Shown here: positions 13,270 to 25,133 of the stretch, in pieces | Numbering within the stretch: position 1 is the stretch's first letter | How the letters are laid out: each line of letters begins with the position of its first letter | NCBI GenBank assembly: GCA_004431415.1 | Contig: QPMI01000449.1 | Coordinates: 1 to 64,000 of the forward strand | DNA from: Cyanophora paradoxa CCMP329 | Taxonomy: Eukaryota; Plantae; Glaucophyta | Direction of reading: 5' to 3' | Length of the DNA stretch: 64,000 nt | Translations under genes and position numbers: made by a program | Notes under the pieces: model-generated | Database searches by the model: none | Seen by the model: only the letters and a program-made list of their open reading frames with translations | What the model was told of the DNA's origin: nothing

Positions 13270-16200
13270 TCATGTTGCACAGTCTTCCACTACTCTGGGT
13301 AATGCCTGGAGACGGGGGCTGGTCCAGTTGGAAGCCAGCGCCGGTTGCTTGCGGGGGGGCATGGCCGGGAGCGACGGAGTACGGGGCACTACGGGGCGGC
13401 AAGGACGATGCGCTGCGGCGGGCCGGTGCATGGGGCGGATCGCGCGGGCGGAGGGCGATGGGCTGCCTCCACATCTCTCGGCTGACGTGCGCAAGATTGT
13501 GCTCACCCCGGTCGCCATCGCCCTTGCATGACCGACTCATCATATCGCTGACGGATGACGTTTGCCACGTTCTCGTCCGCGCTCCTGTAACGACATCGGA
13601 ATCAAGATTTTATAGTATGGCGAAGTGTAGAGACGTGTTGACAAATTAAAGGGAGAGGGGGCGACGGTACATGAGGAGGGGGGGGAGGGCGGTAGGGGGG
13701 AGGGGGTATGGAGCTTACCGCCGAATGGCCTCCTCCGCGAGTACGGCCACCTGCATTGCAAGAGTCAGCCGTCATACTGAAAACGTCATTATCGGTAGTC
13801 CTATGCTTCGGTATGATTGAGTGTAAAAATCGTGTGGACCTACAGTCGATCAAGTACAGAATCAAATCGAGCCGGCCGGGGACGCCGATGCCGGCGCCTT
13901 TGCAAATCTCCACCAGCCGACCCCGAAACATCTTCATTGGATACAGCAGCAGCTCCGGCCCTGTCAATGGCAGCTCCTGCATGCACTGTAACCTGCTGCA
14001 GCGTTGGCTGAGAGTTCACGTAAGGGAAAATGGACGGACTCTGGAGATCCATCAGGGAGCGTGACAAATTGGCGAATATACGCGAGGACGGTGGGAGGCG
14101 TCCAGGTCATCACCGTCGCGGAGTCCGGGCCCACGGTACCGGAGTTGGGCTCCCATGTTCCCCGTGTTATCGTCGTCAACGCTGTCGCTCGCGGCATGTA
14201 CCGGTGCGTTGGCATCTGACGTTGGATTACTAGGTGGTCAGAGACGACGTTCCAATAGAATATAACTTCGCTAGATCTAAAGTTGCTAGCTCAGGCACTG
14301 ATAGCGCCTGCACGACCGCACGTCCGTAATAGCGCACCTGCCTCCGGTCGTACTCTCTCGGTTCTCGCCCTGCTCTCCGAATTAATCGGGTAGCCCGAAT
14401 ATTTAAACTCGATAGGTAATAATTCGCACACCCTCTGATGAGACTTTAGCCTTCTTCGAATTCCGCGTGTTCGCACTTGGGCCCCGTCCTTCTTTGCAGC
14501 AGAAGAGCTCTCCTCGATCACACTACCCGCCGATTCGTACGCCTCCTCGTCCTCGTACGCGTCCTCCCCATCCGTCTCGCCCTCTACTCAAGGCGCCATG
14601 CGTCAGCGATTACTCACATCGCATCGCTCGACATACCACTACTGGTTTCAGCGTTGTACTTGGGGCAGGTCTTCATGTGATTGGACAGGGTCTTCTTGCT
14701 GGCATACGTGCGATTGCAATTAGCAGCGGGGCAAGGGAGACGGTCGTCGTCGGCCTTCTTGCTCGTAGCTTCGGAAGCTGCTGGATAAATTCAATGAGTA
14801 CCGTTCGCACACCAGCCGGCGCACATGAGAGGCATGTTTGGCACCTGACTTCCGTTTGCATGCATCAATGTGCGTCCCCTTTCCTTTGAACGTTATGCCA
14901 CAGTTATCACAAATAAACGGCGCCTGCTTCTTTCGCGCTTTCCCAGACGATCCTGCATCTCAGTCAGATCGGCTGCAGTTATGCATGATGTATGGGGAAT
15001 GCAGTCAGCGATCGTGACCGTACCCCGTGACGCCTCGGTGCCCTTTCCTGCATCAGTCGACTCCGCCCCCTTCGAACCCTCGCGCTGGTTGCCTGCAATT
15101 GAGTCTAATTATAAGGGGTCGCTCCCTCGAGGGTGTTCGGGGACCTCTTAAATTCAACGCATCCTGCCGCTCACCAGGCCCTCCAGGTTGACTGTCTATA
15201 CCTCGAGACTTGCCTGCGAGCATGTGAACTGTGACCATCTCGAGTGGATATTACGGTGCACCGGTTGCGTACCTTTCGATGTGGCGACGGGTGGTACGCC
15301 CGCCACCTCGCCTGCTTCCTTGCCCTTGCCAGTACCGCGCGATGACGCCATGCCTGCGGGCTCGAAGGACAATTAACTGCCGTATCCTTGCGACAGACGC
15401 TGCTCCCTTCGTTCGTGCACCTGATGAACGAACCGTAGTCTGGGGGGGGCTTGATGCCCGCTCTTGTTTCACTTCGTCCGGGCGCCGCCACAGATTGGGC
15501 GGCGCAGGGACATTCGATCTCGTGGTTCTCGCCTGGGGGGGGCTTGATGCCCGTTCTTGTTTCACTTCGTCCGGGCGCCGCCGCATATTGGGCGGCGCAG
15601 GGACATTAGATCTTGTGGTTCGCATTGCATCGGCGGGCTCGACTTTCGGCTGTACAGCGCGACCATCTTTGTACGCATCAGAACTACATATATCGCGCCA
15701 ATTTCAAAGTTCCAATGACCGCACCTGTGCTGTGACGCCGCGGGCTCTTCTCTGATAGGCGCATCCCATCTGCGGCTCCAGCATTGCTGCCGCCTATTAC
15801 GCCTGGCACCCCGCCCGAGCCTGCCGCAGAGCCGAACCGAGGTTGTCAGTCGCATCGTTCTAGCGGGGCTGCGCGCATGCACCTGCTATGTCGCCTTGGT
15901 CGCTCGAACCTGGTCCTGGGCCAATCGTGACGTCACACCGCGAGCCATCGGAGGTCAGTTCCTTCACTCCGGCTGATCCACTATCGCTGCCGCCGGGTGT
16001 ACATGCGCCCCCGTCCAAGCCTGCCGCCAACCCGAAGTTGTCAGTCGCTTCGTTCGAGAGGGGGTCCGGGCAGGCACCTGCGATGTCGCCTTCAGCCGGC
16101 GCGCTCGCAGTCTGACTGTCGCCTTCCGCGGGTTATTTGCCGTCGCCGCCGCGCGCGCCGTCCCGCCCGTGTCCTTTGCACCTTCTGCCGAGTCCAGATC

Positions 16201-16715
16201 GATCACTGCTCGATTACAGTCAGCGTCAGGGCGCGGCGCTCGCTTAGTCTACGGTATCACCTGGAGCTCCGTCGCCTTCGCATCGCCTGAAAGCGCCGGC
16301 GCCTCGCTCGTCGTCTTTCTCGACTCCATTGTCTCGTCGGCCGAGTCCAGATCAATCACTGCTCCAGTCCGGTCAACGCCAGCACGCTGCGCTTCCGTGG
16401 CACTCTCACCTGATTGAGCCGCTAGCGCTCCTGCCGTACTGTTCCCTTCCATGTCCCTTTCGGCCGCGCCACCGCCCTCGTCGTCTTGTGCGAGCCTCTC
16501 GGTACGATCGTCGCCGGCGTGCGGCGAACCACACTCTCGCTCCATGTGCACCTAGTGCTGCGGCTGTCAGCTGGTTCCCTGTGGTGATGCTGTGCACGTG
16601 CACCCGACGCTCTGGTCTTCAGCTTCCTTACCTGCTCGCACCTGGCGTCTTACGCGCTTATTCCAACGTGTACCCCTTCGACCAGCCGTCCTGGACGGCT
16701 GCTCCCTTAGCTTCA
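13270..16715 (-). CDS. Fragmented low-complexity gene with two VIDLD (SIM-like) motifs, a 31-aa repeat, an acidic patch and a SAM-like domain
   Basis: AVIDLDSAD (~16350) and VIDLDSAE (~16200); EDAYEDEEAYE (~14550); TWTPPTVLAYIRQF...QELPLTGPELLL...L.E...GIGVPGRLDLILYLI (13850-14110) matches the SAM-domain pattern. May be more than one gene; ends uncertain. Confidence 0.35.
15440..15625. repeat. Tandem duplication, 2 x 93 bp (31-aa repeat on the minus strand)
   Basis: tgggggggcttgatgcccg..cttgtttcacttcgtccgggcgccgcc..attgggcggcgcagggacatt occurs twice; translates as RTTRSNVPAPPNxxRRPDEVKQERASSPPQ. Confidence 0.9.
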
Positions 16716-17001
16716 TTATAAGCTCATACTCGGAAGCCCGACGTCGACGGGCGGCGGCTGGGCTCCTGGTGCGACACGGGGATTGATCAGGCGGCTGAGG
16801 TCCGGATCGCTGGGCGCAGTTACCGTAGTACGTATACGGGCGGAGACCCGCCAGACGCGTACGTATACGTACACCGGATCCTGAGTACTAGTGGATCGCC
16901 GCGCCGGCGCTGCGGCCGGCGCCGGGCCGCACCTCCGACCCGGGCCGGCCGCGGCGGGCCGCGCCCGGCCTGCGGCAATAAGCAAGGCATGAGGAGGACC
17001 T

Positions 17002-17437
17002 GCAAACCCTCCGAATTACCTGCAGCTGATCGATGTAACATAGCTAGCTACCAATATTAATAGTGCTCTAGATCTCGCCGGGCCTATAGCTAGGCATCCG
17101 GATCCGGATCCGGGCCGCGGCCGGTACTTTTTTTGCAAAAGTGGACGTCGCATTGATACACCACGGCACATGTATCAATGTTCTACGTGACGTGCCCTTC
17201 CGACCGGTCAACTATCTAGCCGAAGGTGCTAGCTAGGTGCCGGCCATGGGTCGCGGGCCGCGGCCGGTACGAGGTCCCCGGCAGCGGCGCGCGAGGGTAG
17301 GAGGTGGAGCTCGAGCGGGCGCTAAATCTAGTACTAGTACTGATACTTGTTGCGCGTTCATGCAAACAATCCGAATTACCTGCAGCTGATCGATGCAGCA
17401 CAGCTATATAGCTAGCTACCAATATTAATAGCGCTCT
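17002..17437. repeat. ~70-bp direct repeat pair flanking a perfect 10-bp hairpin
   Basis: gcaaac..tccgaattacctgcagctgatcgatg..tagctagctaccaatattaatag.gctct at ~17002-17068 and ~17362-17437. Hairpin cattgataca/tgtatcaatg at 17151-17180. Confidence 0.85.
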
Positions 17438-18736
17438 TCACGACTCTCCTCCTCTCGCGATTGCAGACCCCGCCGCCGGGAGGTCGATGTCGTACCCCAT
17501 CATTCCTTCTACCCTTCCGATTTTCATCCTCAGCACTCTCGCTCCTCCCTATTTACCCGGTTTAATTCTGATGATATATACGAAATATTTCAAAATTACG
17601 GGCGCCGGCTACTATAGGTATTAAATATTTGAATTCTGCGTGAAAATTATATATGTTGTCCGGATATCGATCTATCCTTCTGGCATTTTAAACATTTCCG
17701 TGCCGGCGGAGACCTGATACAGACCAGAGGCTGCACTGCCCCGGGGCAGGAATGTTTATTCGAAATCTCTATTGACAAAAGCGGTAGTAAAAGAGCCTCG
17801 GAGCCTCGGAGTCGGAGGAGGGCCGGGGGCGAACTTCGGAAACGCAGGCCTGTATTGATCATGACAGGGAACAGAGACGGCGGCCGCGGGGCTGATCATG
17901 AACCAGGCGGATGACGCATGCGGACACCCGTAAAAAAACTCAGTTCTCACGGAACGGCCGAGCCAAAAATCTTCGATAGCTTGATTGAGGTCAGAAAACT
18001 TACCTTAGGGTTGTGTCAACGCATATGAGAACACAGTGTAGTAGACCGTATTATGGTCCGTATATTACATCAGAGTAACTTAGTAACGAACTAAATTATA
18101 TTTTTTAGTATATATTACGCGTTAATATTACGTACCGCGCTCATGCTCGAAATTCCGAAGGCGGGATTCGAAGGCGTGATTCTCATCGCAGGGCGATTCG
18201 AACACGGAAGGCATGAAATGAAAAGCGTGCCTAAACTTAAGGAAGGGCGTAGTTTCAAAAAAGTTTTACGATCCACTAATTTCCGGTCCAGTACTGGTAT
18301 TTTCCTGCTGCGGCGCCGGCGCACTGCGGCACTGCAGCGGCATTACTAGTGCTGCCAGCTGCAGCCTGCCAGGCTGGCAGGCTGTCGTGTCAGTGTGCCA
18401 GCCTGCCGCATGCGCAGTGCTCGCGATCGGATCACTCGGCGGAGTCAGTGAGCAGTGCTAGCTGTACAGTGTCACAGTGTAGGCGCCCGCGGCCGGGCGG
18501 TCGCTAGCCGCTGTCAGGCTGAGCCAGTGAGCGCCACGTCCACGCGGCGCCCGGCCCGTCACGGCGTGACGCGGCCCACGCAGCCTGACGCAGGTATACC
18601 GGTAGCCGCTGAGCGCGCGCTGCGGCGCTAGCGCTGGCCGTGGGCCGTGGCGCGAGCCGCGCGACGCCGCGCGAGTCCAACCGTCGGACGGTCGAGTTTT
18701 CCCAGCAGTTTAAGCTGGCCAGTGGCGTGCATGGAA

Positions 18737-18889
18737 AGTGCCACGGTGGCAGATAACGGAAGTAACGGACAGTGGCGGATAACGGACGTTTCCGGAAAGT
18801 AACGGCCCGGCGGACAGCTTAAGTGGCGGATAGCGAAAAGTAACGATCGCGAAAAGTAACGGACAGCTTAAGCGGTCCACCGTGGCACT
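18737..18889. mobile_element. MITE-like element with 13-bp terminal inverted repeats
   Basis: agtgccacggtgg (18737-18749) and ccaccgtggcact (18877-18889). Internal repeated motifs aagtaacg, gtggcggata and ggacagcttaag continue to ~18960. Confidence 0.45.
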
Positions 18890-19294
18890 AGTATTGGCGG
18901 ATAGCGACAAGTAACGATCGCGAAAAGTAACGTTAACGGACAGCTTAAGTGGCGGATAGCGAACTGCGGTATACGTATGCAGCTGTATGCTTATTCCGAA
19001 GCTTATAATAGCCGCGGTTGCGCTCATAATTAATAATTAGCAACCGTGTACATACTAGTGCTACTGTGCATGCAGCTAGCTAGCGCTGCTGCGCATCATG
19101 GCATGCCAGTGATGCTTGTGCAGACGGAGCAAATCATGTGCATGATCAGCAAATGAATTCGAAGTCAACGCGTACGCAGCGCTAGCGAAAACAGTGATTA
19201 TGTCGAAGCCCCCGCGGCGATCATGAGCACCCGCATCTGAAGCAGCGCGACTGTATATTTAATTTGAAGACGAAGCCGAGGAAAATTCAATCAT

Positions 19295-19333
19295 CAAGTG
19301 GGGGGGTGCGGGGGGGCTTGCCCCCCTGCTTGT
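19295..19333 (+). mobile_element. Helitron-like 3' terminus (GC hairpin followed by CTTG|T)
   Basis: ggggggtgcg-gggggg-cttg-cccccc (hairpin 19311-19326), then tg-CTTG (19329-19332) followed by T. Lies at the edge of the accessory block. Confidence 0.4.
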
Positions 19334-19837
19334 ACGTATACTCGAAATCTAGATCTTTGATCCGGAAATTGCCTTCAGGCTTAGTGATGCATCACGCGTA
19401 CGTGATCAAGGTCCGGTCGATTGCGCTGAATGACGAGAGGACTGAACAGCTGTCTGAGCTGTCTGAGGCTCGCGGCTCGAGGTCTCAGAAGCGTCCGCTC
19501 AAAGGGGCCTACAAAACCAAGAAGGAGCGCGCCTTGGCTGCAGTGGACCGAGCCTCGCGTGCACGCGAAAGCGCAAGCGCGACGACGCGAGGGCGAAGGC
19601 GGACAGAGTTGTGAACGAGGAGGCCGCTGCGGCGAAGAGAGAGGCGAAGGCGAAGCTTATGCTTGTGCTTTCGCCTTCGCATAACTAGGTCTTCGACTCG
19701 CCCCCGCCCCCAGCTCGTCTCGGGATGTGCAAAGTGGGGTCTAAATACGAAGACGGCATATGCAGGCTGAAGCTAGTGCTCGCTAGGCGTAGGCTTCGGG
19801 AGGGAAGGGAAGGGGGGATCTCGGGCGGCCGCGCGGG

Positions 19838-22800
19838 CTAGCGGCCGCCGAAGAAGTTGGGGCCCGGCGGCTGTCCGAAGGGCGGGCCCTGGATGCCCAT
19901 ACCCTGCATCATCATCGCCTGCATCTGCTGCGCCTGCTGCAGCTGCGCGGCCTGCTGCATCTGTGCGGCCTGCTGCATCTGCGCGGCCTGCAGCTGCGCG
20001 GCCTGCTGGAACTGGGCCGCCTGCTGCATCTGCTGCAGCTGCTGGAACTGGGCCGCCTGCGCCATCTGCAGCTGCGCCGCCAGCGCCGGGTTCGTCGGCT
20101 GAGACAGGAGCGCGTTCAGCATGCTGCCGGGCTGCGCCACGCCCGCCGGGCCCAGCGCCGGCGCGCCCTGCAGCTGCGGGGGCGGCGCCTGGGGAGGGCC
20201 CTGGGGCGGCCCCGCGTACTGCGCGGGCGGAGCCCCCAGCTGCGCCTGCAGCTCGGGCGGGATCTCTCCCTTGGGGCCGCCCCGGTTGGGCGGCGTCGGG
20301 CCCCGCGGGCCCCCGCCGAAGCCGCCGCGCCCCCGGTCCCGATCGCGGTCCCCCCGATCCCGATCCCGGTCGTACCCCCGGTCCCGGTCCCGGTCGCGAT
20401 CCCGATCGCGATCCCGATCCCAGTCGCGATCGCGGTCTCGGTCCCGGTCCCTGTCGAAGCCGCCGCGGCCGCCCCGGTCGAACCCGCCGCCGCCGCGCCC
20501 AAAGGGCCGCCCGGGCCCGAGAAGCCCCGCGCGCGTCCATAGGAGCCGCCGGCGGGCTGCCCTCCGCCGCCGCCTCGGCCGCCGCCGCCGCCGCCGCCGC
20601 CGACTCGGCCGCGCCGGGCCCGCCCGTCGCAACACCGCCGATGCCAGGGATCCCTGTACCCCCCACTCAGCAGAGACGGCGCAGCGCCAGGAAAGGCTGG
20701 TACTCGCCTGCGCTCATGCCGGGGATGGAGAGGACGGCCGGGCCCGTGATCGGCGTGATGGTCGAGCCCCCAACCTCCTCTGAGAGGGGGGGAAGGGCGC
20801 GTGAGTCTACAAAGAAAGCGGAGGAACGAAGGAAAGCGAAAGGGGGGTACCGGGCTCGTCGAACTTGCCGTGCCGCTCGCCAAAGCGATCTCGCGTCTCG
20901 TCCCCGGGCCGGTTCCGCGTCCAGAACTTGGTCGTGTGGTCGTTGCTCCCCTGCTCAGATCGGATCAAGTCAGATCAGATCAGATCAGGTCAGATTTGAT
21001 CTGATCCGAGCGCACCGAAGCGAGGATGTGGCCCATCGGGTGCCAGTCCAGCGCCCAGACGGCCTGCGCGGGGGTACGCGAATCCCGGCGTCAGCTGCAG
21101 GCGCGAAGACGATGGGGAGGGAGGGGCGGGGGGTACAGGCTCGCCTGCTCGTGCGCGCGCGGCATCTCCGCCTTTGGCGACTCGTCCCTGCGGCCGCAGC
21201 AGCCGTCGGTCCGAGCCGTCTCAAGCCGTCCAGTGCGGCTCGAGACGAAAGTACCACGTACCCCGCGAGCCAGAAGAGCATGGCGCCCTCGTAGGAGCCA
21301 GAGACGAAGAGGTCTTCGTGGAACGGGTGCCACGCCAGCGCTGCGGGGTACGGCGTTTAGAAGGCAAGGAGGGGAGCAAGGCGCGCCAGAGAGGAAAGGA
21401 GGGTACGACGCACATGTGACCTGGCTCTTGTGCCCCCGGAACGTCCTGACCTCCTGCAGGGCCGAGCCGAGTCAACGGGGGCGGGGGGGGGGGGGGGGGA
21501 GGGGGGGGGGGCAAGAGGGGGTACGCTACGGCACCTTGAGCGTGCGGAGGTCGTAGAGCTTGACGAGGTGGTCGCGGGCGCCCGTCAGGAGCCAGTTCCC
21601 GTTCTGGTTCCACTGCGTCTGGAAGATCGTGTCCTTGTGGCCGTGCCTGAGATCGCATCGCATCAGATCGGATCAGATCGGATCGGATCGGATCAGATCA
21701 GATCTGAGGCGGACGGGGGGGGAGGGGGGCGCACAGGGTACAGAGGCTCTTCCCCGTGCGGGGGTCCCACATCTTGATGAGGTTGTCCTTGCCGGCGGAG
21801 ACGATGAGGCCCTTCACCGGGTGCCAGTCCACGCACTTGACGTCCCAGCCGTGCCCTGCGTTCTTCGAGCCTTAGCGATTCCTCTTCAGTTCTCTCGAGG
21901 GCCGGGGGGGGTACAGGCGCGCCCTTCAAGAGCCGCTCCTCGGCGCAGCGGTCGAAGTCCCAGATCTTGAGCGTGCTGTCGTCCGCGCAGGAGACAAACT
22001 TAAGGTCCGTCGGGCAGAAGCTGTGGTCGAGGGATGGCCGGGGGGCGCTCATCTCAGAGGGGCGGGCAAGAGAGGCGGGCGGAAGGGCGGACCTGATCCC
22101 CCGGATGGGCTGGTCATGCCCCTGGAACGCCTTCACGTTGCTCATGTTCACCTGAGGGCGGGGGTACAATTCGCTTGGCGGCGGCGGGAGGGGGGTACGC
22201 CGGCCACGGGGCGGGCGGGCGGGGGTACCTGCCAGTACTTGACGATGCCGGCGTGGTCGCCGGTGACCAGCCAGGTCTGGTTGTGGCTCCATGACATGCA
22301 GCGGATCGGCGTCTCGTGCGCCTGCGCCCCGCCCGGTGCGTCGGCGCGCGCCCAGGGGCGAGGGCGGCGGGGCGGGGCGGGATGCGCGCGGGTTCGAATC
22401 CGGACCTGCATGATCGTCTCGAAGTTGAACGTGAAGCCGTTCCACAGCGTGAACTCTCCGCTGTGAGCGCCCGTCACGAGCCGCCGACCCTCCGGCGTCC
22501 ACTGCGCAGCCAGGGGTCAGACAGGCCGCGGGGAACGCGGCGCGGGGCGCGGCGCCCGCCCCGCACCCGCAGGCAGTTGATGGGGCAGCGCATCTTGTTC
22601 GTCGACGTGTGCACGAACTTCGTCGTCACGGAAGTGAGAGGGTCGTCGCTGAGAGCCGCGGGCGGCTGGAGCTGCGGGCGGGAGTGAGCGAGCGCTGGAC
22701 CGCGAGGGCCGCAGGCCCCCGCGCACCGCCTTTATGTACGAGGGTTCCGCGATGATCGCCGGCCGGTCTCTGTAATCGCGCTGGTGCGCCCGGTCCTGCC

Positions 22801-23064
22801 AGGCGTCAGCTAGAGCGCGAAGCGAGCGCGCGGCGCCAGGCTTGCCGTGAGCCAGCGGACGATGTCCGAGGTGTAGTCGACCGTGCGACGCACGAGAGGC
22901 GTCTTACGCATCCTCCTCCCGTCGAAGAAGTCGTCGTTCGCCCCGGGAGGCCCTCGCGGGCCATCGCGCCACGGCCCGTAGTTCCCGCCGCCTCCGCCGA
23001 AGCCTCCGGGACCTCCGGGGCCTCCGAATCCGCCCGGTGGCCCTCTCGGACCGCCGCCGTACAT
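19838..23064 (-). CDS. WDR33: Pre-mRNA 3'-end processing WD40 protein WDR33/Pfs2/FY
   Basis: Spliced exons give [54 protein letters not shown] and [11 protein letters not shown]; C-terminal RD-repeat and Q/P-rich tail. Confidence 0.92.
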
Positions 23065-23322
23065 TGGAAGCGGTGGTCAGAGCGGCCCTCAGCCGAGCGA
23101 GTGGCGCCGCGCCCGAGTGGTTTGTTCCGCGCTCTCGCCGCCGAAGATCGCAACGGATCGCTCGCTCCTGGGCTCGGCGCAAAGACGAGCTGCGGTTCTG
23201 GGGTACACTCGAGGTCTCGAAGCAGCGAAAACCTCAACTATCCAGCCGCGACCGACACAGACCAGCTCTACGCACAGGCGGCGCGCCGGAGGGGCCGCGG
23301 TGCTCGGCGGAGGCGCACGGGG

Positions 23323-24660
23323 ATGGCGCTCCTCACTTTCTTCGGCTGCTTGTTCGTGGCGCTCGGTCCGGCCTTCGCAATCTTCCTGACCATCATCACG
23401 AAGAAGAGCTACCTGCCTGTGGTCATGATAGGAAGGTCTGCCGCCCGAACCAGATCCTCTACGTGTTCGGCCCGCGTCAGGCCGCCACTCTTGTCGCTGC
23501 AACGCGATCCGACCGCCCGTACGCCGCCGCGCAGTTCATTCTTCTGGTTATTCTCGGTGCTGCTTGCGTCCATCTTCTGGTACATCGTACCGCCGATTCA
23601 GAGCACCTGGGGGTTCATCGTGGTGTACTCGGCGATCCTGCAGGAGATCCTTCGCTACGGCTACTTCCGCCTGTACATGTGCGCGCCCCGCCCTCGCCGC
23701 GCGCCGCCCGCGCTGACGCCGCACGCAGCGCCGCGGAGCGGGGCTTCTCCAAGATGGCGGGGAGCACCGCGGCGCTCACGGACGGCCTCATGTCCGCCAT
23801 CGGTGCGCCCGGGACCCACGCCCGCGTCCGCTTCGCACCGCTCCGCCCCGTTCCAGCGCGCTGCAGCGAGCGGGCTGGGATGGGGCGTCATCTACGTCCT
23901 GGTCATGTACGTCGGCCTCCTGTTCAACGCGACGGGGCCCGGCGATCTCTACATGGAGTCCTGCCCCCGCATCTCCTTCTTCCTCGCCTCCGGTACCCCT
24001 CCTCTTCCCCGCCGCCCGGGATGCATGACATTTGATCCGGGGCGCCGGGTACAGCGTTCCAGGCGGGGTGCCACCTCCTTCTCCACGTATTCTACATGGT
24101 CGCCGCCTTCGACGGGTACTTCCGCCGCAGGTTCGTTCGCGTACCCCGGGTGGGAGGAGAGGCCGCACTCTTGCCCCCGCCCCGACGCCGGCCGCCTCGC
24201 CCCTCATCCCCCGCGCCGCCGCAGCTTCGTTCAACCTATCGTTGTGACCGTCCTCCACATCGTGCGCTCGCTCCCCCCCCCCCCCCCCCCCCCCCGCCCC
24301 ACCTCCGCGATCCGGGCCGCCGACACGTACCCCCCGCAGGGCGCGAGCCTCATCTCGCTGGCGAACCGCAACTCGGAGGGCTGCCATGTCTCTCTACCCC
24401 TCATCTTCGCCCTCACGGCCGGGGCGGGCGCCTACACCTCAGTGCTCGTGCACCGCCGCAAGCCGATGCCGCCGCCCTCGGCGCACGGGCGGCGCCGCGG
24501 GCGGGCCTCCCCGACGCCCCCGGAGCCCCCGGTCGTCGATCACCACGAGGCGGCGGCTGCGCCGGCTCCGGCGCCGGCGCCGGCGGCGGCGGCAACCTCG
24601 GCGCAAGTGCGGCACGGCGGGGGCGGGTCGCGGGCGTGGTCCACGCCGCCCGAGGGTTGA
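23323..24660 (+). CDS. APH1: Gamma-secretase subunit APH-1
   Basis: MALLTFFGCLFVALGPAFAIF, FFWLFSVLLASIFW, QEILRYGY, SGLGWG, GPG...SCP and conserved His residues; multi-exon. Confidence 0.9.
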   Translation: MALLTFFGCLFVALGPAFAIFLTIITKKSYLPVVMIGRSAARTRSSTCSARVRPPLLSLQRDPTARTPPRSSFFWLFSVLLASIFWYIVPPIQSTWGFIVVYSAILQEILRYGYFRLYMCAPRPRRAPPALTPHAAPRSGASPRWRGAPRRSRTASCPPSVRPGPTPASASHRSAPFQRAAASGLGWGVIYVLVMYVGLLFNATGPGDLYMESCPRISFFLASGTPPLPRRPGCMTFDPGRRVQRSRRGATSFSTYSTWSPPSTGTSAAGSFAYPGWEERPHSCPRPDAGRLAPHPPRRRSFVQPIVVTVLHIVRSLPPPPPPPRPTSAIRAADTYPPQGASLISLANRNSEGCHVSLPLIFALTAGAGAYTSVLVHRRKPMPPPSAHGRRRGRASPTPPEPPVVDHHEAAAAPAPAPAPAAAATSAQVRHGGGGSRAWSTPPEG

Positions 24661-25133
24661 CCGGTCGCCTTCCCGCAGCTCACCGCCCTGGGCGCCTCTG
24701 CAGGCTCCTCCCACGCGCCCTCGGGCCCCGGCACGCCCGTCCACGCCGGCGGGCACCTTCCCCCCATCTCCCACCACCACTCCGCCGCGCCCGGCGGCTC
24801 CTCGCATCTATCCGCCCCCATCCCGGGTACAATATCTCACTGGGTTGACGACGGGGGGGGTCCCTCCCTCGTCCAGGCGCCCCCCTCCCCCGGCGCCCGC
24901 CTCCGGCACTCGCAAGCATGACCCCTTCTTCCCTCCCTCTTCCCCCTCCCCCTTTCTTGTCCCCCGCCCCTCGACCCGGCCAGCACGAAAGCATTTCATA
25001 CGGCCGCTGCCGCCGGCTTCGGGATTGGATGTACAGGGGGGCCGGAGGGGCGGGCGGGCTGGGCGTCCGGCACAACCGGCGGGGGCGCCGGGGTACAGAT
25101 TCTCCGATTCGATCACGCCAGATCGCGGTACGC

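Noticed and set aside
1-19333. Endogenous giant virus or Polinton-like element
   Set aside because: No capsid, packaging ATPase, polB or integrase motif recognised, and the genes have spliceosomal introns.
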